NCBI GenBank assembly: GCA_964482725.1
Contig: CAYZYT010000001.1
Coordinates: 86,318-150,317 of the forward strand
Direction: 5' to 3'
Source: an uncultured bacterium
GTDB taxonomy: Bacteria; Omnitrophota; Omnitrophia; Omnitrophales; Aquincolibacteriaceae
Length of the DNA stretch: 64,000 bases
The notes below the pieces were generated by a model. The model was not told where the DNA came from and ran no database searches. It worked only from the letters and a program-made list of their open reading frames with translations. Position numbers and translations under genes: made by a program. Shown here in pieces: positions 57,107-64,000 of the stretch (position 1 is its first letter; every line of letters begins with the position of its first letter).

Positions 57107-58873
57107 CTAGGCTCTTGACAATTTCGCCCGCATCGCCGGAGTCAATTGTTTGACAAGCTCGGCATTGTACGAACCTGTCGGCATAGGTTTGATACTTGGA
57201 TCGGACAGTGGACTCGGATCTTGATATACCGCTCGCGTGTTAACGATCTGCTGCGCTGCAACAGCATAAGAACGCGACTTTGCCGCGGGGGTTCCCTCTT
57301 TGACCGCTGGATCCACGTTGGTCGTTATGATGGAAAGCGTCGCATCACTGTTGAGGTAGATCTCAAACAGGCGGAACTGCTGAGGAAATTCTCTCAGCGA
57401 GGATGTTTCCACCTGCCAAAAGCCTTTTTCAGGATTGCGGACTGGATCCGGAGAAATAAAAGCCTTCACCGTGTTGACATGACGATGCCCCGCGATCCAA
57501 AGAAGGAGATTCGGGTGACTTTGAAGTTCCGCGATCAGATCCGGCAGGGTGACAGCATTTTGAGGATCCCGCCACCATCCCATTTCGGACTGAGTCGGTT
57601 CAACGCTGAGCGGGATATGCGCAGCGATGATCATGAGCTGACCGGCAGCATCGCCCGCCGCAAGTTCTTTTTTAAGCCAGTCCCAACGCTCCGGATCAAG
57701 AAAACCATGCCCATGAATATCCAAAGAGCCGTCGTCTTCCCTTTGGGTATCGTCGAGGACGATCACCTTGATCGGGAGAGTTGACTTCGGCACGAAGCTA
57801 TAACAGGCGAAGCCTTTTCCTTTGCCGGGGTCGACCCCGTTAAACCCATGGCCGACCGGACTCGAAGATGTTTTGAAAAATTCTTTTATCCATTCCGTTC
57901 TTAAAAGTGAACGGCGATCCGGATCGGGAGCCACCTTCGGAGGATTCTTGAAGTTCGCGACAGGCCCCGCGTATTTGATATCACCGTACGGAGTCGAGCC
58001 GTCGAGTACGCCCATATAGTAATCAGGCTTTTTTATATTTCGAGGATCGGCAAGAACATCTCCCGTCGCGAAAACCGTGTCGCTCACATAGGACTTTCGA
58101 AGATCCTCGTTCACAGGGATCGACCCGATCCAGAAATGATCGTGATTGCCGAGAGTCTGATACCAGGGGATCCCCTTATCAAGCCCCGCCGCCTTGTAAG
58201 GCTTCTGATAATCGAGAGTGCCGGCGCCGAGATGAGCGCCCGAACTGGGGGTGATGACCCTGCCATCGAGGACGTCGATATACCATCTGAGTTCGTTCTG
58301 CTGGGTACTGTTGCAGGTATCGCCTAGGGAGATGCCGAAATCAAACGGATTTTTTTTGTGAAGGGCATTGATCGTCTGGACCGCTGCGTCAAGCACGTGC
58401 GTGGTATACAGCATGATCGGCGAATAGATCGAGGTGACCGCCGCATCTCTGGCATTCAGCTGCTGAAGATAGATCAACTGATTGGGAGATTCTTTGTCGG
58501 TGATATGGATGTCGGTGAAGGTAAAGAAATTCAAAAGTTTTGTTTTTTTAGTGACAGAGGCCCCGTCATAAGCACTTCCCATGATGTCGAGCCGCTTTTC
58601 GGAAAGAAGAGGCCCCCCCGCCTTCCATTGACCGTAGCCGTAGAGGCCGAATTTTGCGACCTGGCAAAGATCTTGCGGAAGAAGCTTCCCTGAAAATGTC
58701 GAGGCGGGGACGACCGTCTTCTGGAGCGTCGTAAAGACATCGGAAGCGATCGGGTATCCCTCGAGACGGGCTTGCTCTCGGACGACGCCTTTGGAACATC
58801 CCGATGAGAAGGAGATCAGCGCGCCCATCAAAAAAGTGAAACAGAAAATTTTAAGTCCATCCGATGGCTTCAA
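57107..58873 (-). CDS. Calcineurin-like metallophosphoesterase lipoprotein
   Basis: Lipobox (LISFSSGC). Metallophosphoesterase motifs (FTDIHITD, GDTCN, GNHDHFW, and a later GHRH-like motif). Confidence 0.7.
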   Translation of the reverse strand: MKPSDGLKIFCFTFLMGALISFSSGCSKGVVREQARLEGYPIASDVFTTLQKTVVPASTFSGKLLPQDLCQVAKFGLYGYGQWKAGGPLLSEKRLDIMGSAYDGASVTKKTKLLNFFTFTDIHITDKESPNQLIYLQQLNARDAAVTSIYSPIMLYTTHVLDAAVQTINALHKKNPFDFGISLGDTCNSTQQNELRWYIDVLDGRVITPSSGAHLGAGTLDYQKPYKAAGLDKGIPWYQTLGNHDHFWIGSIPVNEDLRKSYVSDTVFATGDVLADPRNIKKPDYYMGVLDGSTPYGDIKYAGPVANFKNPPKVAPDPDRRSLLRTEWIKEFFKTSSSPVGHGFNGVDPGKGKGFACYSFVPKSTLPIKVIVLDDTQREDDGSLDIHGHGFLDPERWDWLKKELAAGDAAGQLMIIAAHIPLSVEPTQSEMGWWRDPQNAVTLPDLIAELQSHPNLLLWIAGHRHVNTVKAFISPDPVRNPEKGFWQVETSSLREFPQQFRLFEIYLNSDATLSIITTNVDPAVKEGTPAAKSRSYAVAAQQIVNTRAVYQDPSPLSDPSIKPMPTGSYNAELVKQLTPAMRAKLSRA

Positions 58874-59005
58874 AAACCCCTCCCCGGTTAATCGCTCGTG
58901 ATCGACTCGTCCCCTTCGGCTATGCCTTATGATTATATCCTTATTCGGAAGACCCGGATAGGCGTGGTTTCGGGATCTGTGAAACGATTGAACGAACCGC
59001 TAGAA

Positions 59006-60631
59006 CTATTTCCCGGAGACTTCAATAACATAGAGAAGTGGCATATGATCTCGCTCGACTTTGTAGAGCACCTTACCCGGGAAAAGGTTCTGTCTCCCAA
59101 AACGCGTGGTGGACAGGAAAATATCCGGATCCGTTAGGACCATCTCAAAGCGATCACGCAATTCCTGAGTTTTTTCTAAATAATAGCCGGTTTGACACGG
59201 CACCGACGCATTCAGGACCCGGATTTTTCTCTTGAAGGCGGGGTGGTAATTTTTGATCACCCACAGGATCCCTTCTCGATAAGAATTCCCCCAATAATCT
59301 GTTTCGTATTTTGTTGCAGCCTCAGCAAGTCCTCCGGCCAGGACACGATTAAAATACACCGTTTCATAGGGGTGAAGACGGCGCATATCGAGGGCTGTCA
59401 TTGCCAGGGAAAAGGCGATGGCGCAAATAAAAAACACCTTCACCCAATGATTTATTTTTGAATGGACCCACGCGGAAAACGAAAGGCCCCCCAAAATAGC
59501 CAGAAGCGGAATTAGAAAAAGAAAGTGGCGGAATCCGTCAAATTGGGGCGCCTTAAAAAAAATTGACCCCAAAACAGGCCCAAGACATGCGAACACGAGC
59601 AAGCTTACTTGAACAACCTGGAAGGTTAATCTCGGATTTCTAATTATATAAATAACAGCAAGCGCGGCTCCAAGCGACAGAACTATAAAAAAGTACTCCG
59701 GGAGAGAAATCAGAACGGATTGCATTAAATAAGCTTTGGGAAGCTGAAAAGAACTAAAATAATCCCCGTTAAATAACACCTTCATCTCTGTATTAAAATC
59801 CCAACGCGCCGCCTTGATCGCTCCGATGAAAGGACGGGTGAACGGATCGAGCTGTGCCCACGGCCACCAGACCAGCATGACGGGCCAGGCAATTCCAAAG
59901 ATCCACGCCAGATTGCGGATAAACTCGCGAGCGATCTTTTTGAGGCGGGTGTGCGTTGTCGTTACTTTGCCATTGGGGGACCCTTGCCCCAGAAACCACA
60001 AGAACCAGCCAAACAGCATACATGGAAATGCGATAAGCATACCTCCGACGCGTATCGCCATCATCAATCCCAGAGAAAGCCCCAGGAAAAACAGATCCTT
60101 TGGCTTGAGTCTCGGGAGGTTCTCGTAGGCGGCGATCATGCAATAGAGCGCTGTCAGAAACAAGGCTCCGAAAGGAATATCCACGGGGTTATTGAACATG
60201 TGGCCATAAAAAACGGGGTGCAAAGCGAGAAAAAGAGCCGAAAAGAAACCCGCCAGAGTTCCCGCAATTTTTTTCGCAATACAGAAACACATAAAAATAG
60301 TCCAGTAACCCAACAGTGCGCCCAAGAAGTGTCGCGTCTCAAAAACTCCCCAGGGAGATAGTCGGCTTGCTACTTGGGCAAGAACATCAAAAAATCCTCC
60401 ATAGAAAACAAGAACGGGATGCTGAAGAGCCCTCCCATCCTTTAAAAATGAAAGATACCATTTAACAACAAGCTTGCCGTAAGTTTGATGATCCTCTTCA
60501 TCCCAAGTAATGCCGTAATCGCGGAATGTTTTTAAAATAATAAAAAACAGAACGGCAAAAAAAACACAGGCACAGAGCTTGATGATTTTCTCAAAGGTGA
60601 AAGCATTCCATTCCAGGGGGCAGCGCTTCAT
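59006..60631 (-). CDS. Integral-membrane GT-C-type glycosyltransferase (ArnT/PMT/GT39-like)
   Basis: At least 10 TM helices with large periplasmic loops. This is the general GT-C topology. The region is lower in GC than the rest of the window. Confidence 0.5.
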   Translation of the reverse strand: MKRCPLEWNAFTFEKIIKLCACVFFAVLFFIILKTFRDYGITWDEEDHQTYGKLVVKWYLSFLKDGRALQHPVLVFYGGFFDVLAQVASRLSPWGVFETRHFLGALLGYWTIFMCFCIAKKIAGTLAGFFSALFLALHPVFYGHMFNNPVDIPFGALFLTALYCMIAAYENLPRLKPKDLFFLGLSLGLMMAIRVGGMLIAFPCMLFGWFLWFLGQGSPNGKVTTTHTRLKKIAREFIRNLAWIFGIAWPVMLVWWPWAQLDPFTRPFIGAIKAARWDFNTEMKVLFNGDYFSSFQLPKAYLMQSVLISLPEYFFIVLSLGAALAVIYIIRNPRLTFQVVQVSLLVFACLGPVLGSIFFKAPQFDGFRHFLFLIPLLAILGGLSFSAWVHSKINHWVKVFFICAIAFSLAMTALDMRRLHPYETVYFNRVLAGGLAEAATKYETDYWGNSYREGILWVIKNYHPAFKRKIRVLNASVPCQTGYYLEKTQELRDRFEMVLTDPDIFLSTTRFGRQNLFPGKVLYKVERDHMPLLYVIEVSGK

Positions 60632-61464
60632 TAAGATGATGGCGTGCGGGAAGACAGAATTTCTTTTATTTGATCTATTCTTACGTTGAGAGGCTTTCCA
60701 GGGATATGATAAATAAACGACTCTGTCGTCAACTCACCTCTAGGGAAAATCCTCCCATAAAGCTTATGGGTGTATGCGTTCAAAATATGCTGGGGAACAA
60801 ACTGCACCCTTTTGCGAATACCCCTCCAATCCCGGTCGATCAAATCGATGACCGCTCTTTGCCACCACCACGCATGATCGACATATTTTCTAAGCGACCA
60901 GGTTTTTTTAAGCATCGCCTTCACGAAACAAGTATTTTTCAAAAGGGTCACTCCCGTATTCACACCATTGAAATCTTTGGTTAATATCATCTCAATTTGA
61001 GGCGGCGCCTTTTGGATAATTTGCGTCAGGAGATTAAAATCTAAATTCACGATACATGCATCGGCGTCGATCCAGACAACCCATGCCTCAGGATCATTTC
61101 CCACCAAAAAAATAAGCGCATAATACAACGTAGCAGCCGTGAGCCAAGGATAAGGCCGACGGCACATATTCTCCCCTTCAAATATCACAGCCCCAAAATC
61201 GTACCGCTCACAATATTTTTTGATCTGGGATGCGGCAATATCCCCCAAGATTTTATAATCACGGTTGTAGGCGGTAATCATAGTTACTTTCTTTGCCCTA
61301 TAATCGCCGGGGGGCGAGCTAAAATGCGCCTTTATTTGCCTGAGCGGTATTTGATAGCGCGGGAATTCCAACCAATAATATTTGAGATACTTGAACTTCC
61401 TCAAAAAGCTTTTGAGAGTTTGGATTATTTTAGATTTTTTCTCAAAAAACAGTTTCAAACCCAC
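60631..61464 (-). CDS. Putative nucleotide-diphospho-sugar glycosyltransferase (GT-A-like, DxD motif)
   Basis: WIDADA, a DxD-type motif. Low GC. The family assignment is tentative. Confidence 0.4.
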   Translation of the reverse strand: MGLKLFFEKKSKIIQTLKSFLRKFKYLKYYWLEFPRYQIPLRQIKAHFSSPPGDYRAKKVTMITAYNRDYKILGDIAASQIKKYCERYDFGAVIFEGENMCRRPYPWLTAATLYYALIFLVGNDPEAWVVWIDADACIVNLDFNLLTQIIQKAPPQIEMILTKDFNGVNTGVTLLKNTCFVKAMLKKTWSLRKYVDHAWWWQRAVIDLIDRDWRGIRKRVQFVPQHILNAYTHKLYGRIFPRGELTTESFIYHIPGKPLNVRIDQIKEILSSRTPSS

Positions 61465-61549
61465 AGATCCAATTCCTCCCTAATCTCTCGTTTTTACAAT
61501 ATGCTCTGCTCTAGCAAAGCCGCATCAAAACTCGTGGTCATCACAATCC

Positions 61550-62698
61550 TCAAAAGATCAACCACTTGAGAACCCCCGCGGTCGCAACGAGATTAAGCCC
61601 CAAAGCGATCCGATCCCCGCGCCGACCGCTGCGGGCATAGCAAATAAGCAGCAAACCCGCCGACGGAAGCAACAGACGCCCGTACGCCCACGGTTCAGGC
61701 CAAACATTATGGCTCCCCAGGATCGGGAGCAGAGAGAAAAACAAAAACGACATGGAGAGGGCATCCGGACAGCGCCTGACCTCACGCACCGCACTGAACA
61801 GCGTAAAGAGCAGGACCAAAATAAAAGCAGCCAGGCAATACCCGTCCTGGCTCACACCCTGGCCTGAAAAAAACCTCTGGGCCAAGCCCAGGAACGGCAT
61901 ATCAAAATTATGGCCCACGCTCTTTTGTAGAAAAGTTCCGAGCCGAACGTAAACATAGCCCTGCCAGAGCACAAAAGGGATAAGCGCGGTGGCACATATC
62001 GCGGCTTTTCGAAACTGGCGCCGTTGGAACCCTTGATCCAGAATCATGAAGACCGCAATCGGAAGATAGATCTCACGGGTAAGCAAGGCAGCGCTGAGCC
62101 ATAAAGCACAGCCCCAGAAACGCCGCGATTCATACAAAATAAGTGCTGAAACCGCAAGCGTTAGCCCGAGAGGATCCGCCAAGTCACGGAAAAGCCCCAA
62201 AAGATTGCCTCCCAGAAAAGCAAAAACAATGGCCCAAAGAGACGAACGCCCCTGAGAGGCCAAATAGCGCGCTACAAAAAAAGCCCCCATGATAATGGCT
62301 ACAAAATTGATCTGAACCATACGATCCGGATAATTCCGAGGGTCGCCTCCGGCCGTCCAATGCACCAGCAATGGATAAAAAATGCGTTGATAGCGATAAC
62401 CCGGGCCATCGATGTATTTGTAATAATCACTGAGGATCCAAGGATCGTGAGCGATCAGATAAAATAATTGTCCGTCGTAACCCTCGGAATTTTTGAGGTA
62501 AGGGATTCCGGGATCCAGTTTTCCGGGAGGAATAAATTGATCCCCAATGCAAATAAAGCCTCCTGTGTTCCCCCCCAACCTCACAAAATACCCACCCACC
62601 ACACCGAGCAGAATGATGGCGCACAGGAGAGCAACCCCCCAGGGACGGCTCTTCCGGAGTTGATCGAGCACGCGGTCCTGAAAAATGCTTTTATTCAT
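61550..62698 (-). CDS. Hypothetical polytopic membrane protein (possible glycopolymer or O-antigen-like polymerase or transferase)
   Basis: About 10 TM helices. Adjacent to the glycosyltransferases. Confidence 0.45.
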   Translation of the reverse strand: MNKSIFQDRVLDQLRKSRPWGVALLCAIILLGVVGGYFVRLGGNTGGFICIGDQFIPPGKLDPGIPYLKNSEGYDGQLFYLIAHDPWILSDYYKYIDGPGYRYQRIFYPLLVHWTAGGDPRNYPDRMVQINFVAIIMGAFFVARYLASQGRSSLWAIVFAFLGGNLLGLFRDLADPLGLTLAVSALILYESRRFWGCALWLSAALLTREIYLPIAVFMILDQGFQRRQFRKAAICATALIPFVLWQGYVYVRLGTFLQKSVGHNFDMPFLGLAQRFFSGQGVSQDGYCLAAFILVLLFTLFSAVREVRRCPDALSMSFLFFSLLPILGSHNVWPEPWAYGRLLLPSAGLLLICYARSGRRGDRIALGLNLVATAGVLKWLIF

Positions 62699-62922
62699 CT
62701 TCGGGTCTCAATGTTTCTTTTTTAATAATGAAAAATGTTTTTAAAGAATAATCTCCCGTAACCCCATCAAAAGGAGCTACGCCTATCCAAACCATGACGG
62801 TTTCGCGCGGGAAGTTGCCACGCACGAATGAATCAATTGCTGCGAAAATAGCGACCGCTTGCGTTAATCCATTGAACTCAGAAGCATTTCATTCTCCGGT
62901 CGTTACTGCTTTCGCCCCGATT

Positions 62923-63726
62923 TTACCGAGCAACTGCATTGAGTATAGGCCTCAGCAAACGGGAAATGGTTTCTACCCGCCGTGCCCCTGCAAGTTTAAG
63001 CTGCCCACGGCGTTCAAAAACCTGAGCATGCGCAGCACCCTCCACCCGCCCTAGATAACGGAGCCCCATCGCCCTCAGAACCAAGTGAAAAGTGTGTTTA
63101 AGATGGAAAGTGGTTGGCAGATGGCTTTGGATGACAGGAGAAAAACAGTTTGCGAAGATCGCTTTGCCACCCTCTCGAACTGCTTCTGCAATGTCAAAGG
63201 CGATCCGCACAGGATCCTCGACATGTTCCAGAACATCCTGCGCGATAATGGCATCATAGCCAAGGGCTGAAAGCTCACTCACAAAGTGGATCTCTGGTTC
63301 ATTTTTCAGGTACCCCACTGAAACACGAGATGGATAGGGGTCGATGAGCGAAACTTTCGCATTCGGCATGGACCTCATGAGGGCCTGCGCAAGAGCCCCC
63401 CCACCCCCTCCATAATCAGCGATGTTGGCTGCACCGGTTTGTGCGATGTAGGACGCTATAGCTGAGCGATGTCCCGCGGAAACAGGATCGAGCCGGGTGA
63501 AAACGCCATTCATGACCCAGACGGGATGTTTGTAGTAATCGCCTATGGCTTGCCCAGCCAATGGCAACGCATTATTAAGCTTCAATTGTTCCCAGACTCG
63601 ATCCATTTCGGACCAAACCCACTCCACCGTAGGAAGCCTCTGCGGCAGGCTGGCAAGATAGTCGTATTCAGCCTGGTTGAGAAATTCACGAGGGATAGTG
63701 CTGCCCCATAAGTTTACGCCATTCAT
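62923..63726 (-). CDS. Class I SAM-dependent methyltransferase
   Basis: Motif I IADYGGGGGALA and post-I LIDPYP. A Methyltransf_11/23-like fold. Confidence 0.7.
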   Translation of the reverse strand: MNGVNLWGSTIPREFLNQAEYDYLASLPQRLPTVEWVWSEMDRVWEQLKLNNALPLAGQAIGDYYKHPVWVMNGVFTRLDPVSAGHRSAIASYIAQTGAANIADYGGGGGALAQALMRSMPNAKVSLIDPYPSRVSVGYLKNEPEIHFVSELSALGYDAIIAQDVLEHVEDPVRIAFDIAEAVREGGKAIFANCFSPVIQSHLPTTFHLKHTFHLVLRAMGLRYLGRVEGAAHAQVFERRGQLKLAGARRVETISRLLRPILNAVAR

Positions 63727-64000
63727 CTTTTATAACACCCCTCATAAGCATCAATAAATCGCGCCCAATAGACATCCACTTTAATTTCAGTCTCCTTCAA
63801 GCTATTTTACTCCTCAAAGGTTTCTTTAAAATCCGCACCTTCCTGCCGCGGGATCACCGTCCGGTTACCGCATAACCCATAGTTTCAGCGCTAAAATAAA
63901 AGTAATGCCATCGCTTTGTCTAGGCTGTTTGAATTCCTACCCACTAATTAAGAGCAGCCCTTTTTCTCACTATGTCACGCACGTAACGAAGCTGAGCAAT

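Noticed and set aside
63727-64000. A further minus-strand gene might start near the window end.
   Set aside because: No ORF of 60 aa or longer is present in any frame there. The region is likely a promoter or intergenic region, or a gene that begins beyond the window.
1-64000. The window was checked for rRNA, tRNA, CRISPR arrays and IS/transposase/integrase genes.
   Set aside because: None of these was seen: no cloverleaf-like conserved tRNA stretches, no regularly spaced direct repeats, and no transposase or integrase-like ORFs.

Overview
This is a 64 kb chromosomal window from what looks like a Gram-negative bacterium of moderately high GC. Almost all genes sit on the minus strand, and nearly every call was made by reading the ORF translations for domain-level motifs.

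The window contains the following, in order:
- Two adjacent type II toxin-antitoxin pairs: a vapBC pair whose vapC runs off the 5' edge of the window, and a HEPN/MNT pair.
- A 4471-aa mosaic secreted giant protein (3274..16689) followed by an overlapping TPR-like lipoprotein gene.
- An outer-membrane transporter of the FadL family.
- The housekeeping genes gpsA, a ybgC-like thioesterase, dnaJ, grpE and hrcA. There is no dnaK and no canonical CIRCE operator (the usual HrcA binding site).
- An envelope-stress module: an ECF sigma factor, a zinc-finger anti-sigma factor, and a periplasmic protein of the CpxP/Spy family.
- A 940-aa secreted protein with a GH144/DUF3131-like (alpha/alpha)6 domain that is paralogous to a domain inside the giant protein.
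- A second giant protein (1733 aa) made of Ig-like repeats, in an operon with a small secreted protein and two zinc-ribbon proteins.
- murB, a thermonuclease-like nuclease, and several outer-membrane beta-barrels. A glycine-rich, poly-Asn secreted protein is paired with a DUF2092 (LolA-like) protein.
- A K+ channel, an amidohydrolase, a MORN-repeat protein, a two-component pair, and an Ntn-hydrolase cluster (one C45-like and two tandem choloylglycine-hydrolase paralogues).
- A YeeE/YedE-type sulfur transporter split into two half-size genes.
- A surface-glycan-like cluster: a tail-fibre-like protein with a C-terminal S74 intramolecular-chaperone domain, a beta-helix protein, a metallophosphoesterase, a GT-C membrane glycosyltransferase, a second glycosyltransferase, and a SAM-dependent methyltransferase.

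The most notable non-coding signal is a 32-bp palindromic element, CAATTTCA-N7-TGAAATTG-GGGC, that occurs three times in the same orientation: at the 5' end of the giant-protein gene, overlapping the promoter of the sigma/anti-sigma operon, and in a divergent intergenic region at about 52.9 kb. A degenerate fourth copy lies at about 53.75 kb. This points to a shared regulon.

I saw no rRNA, tRNA, CRISPR array or obvious mobile element.
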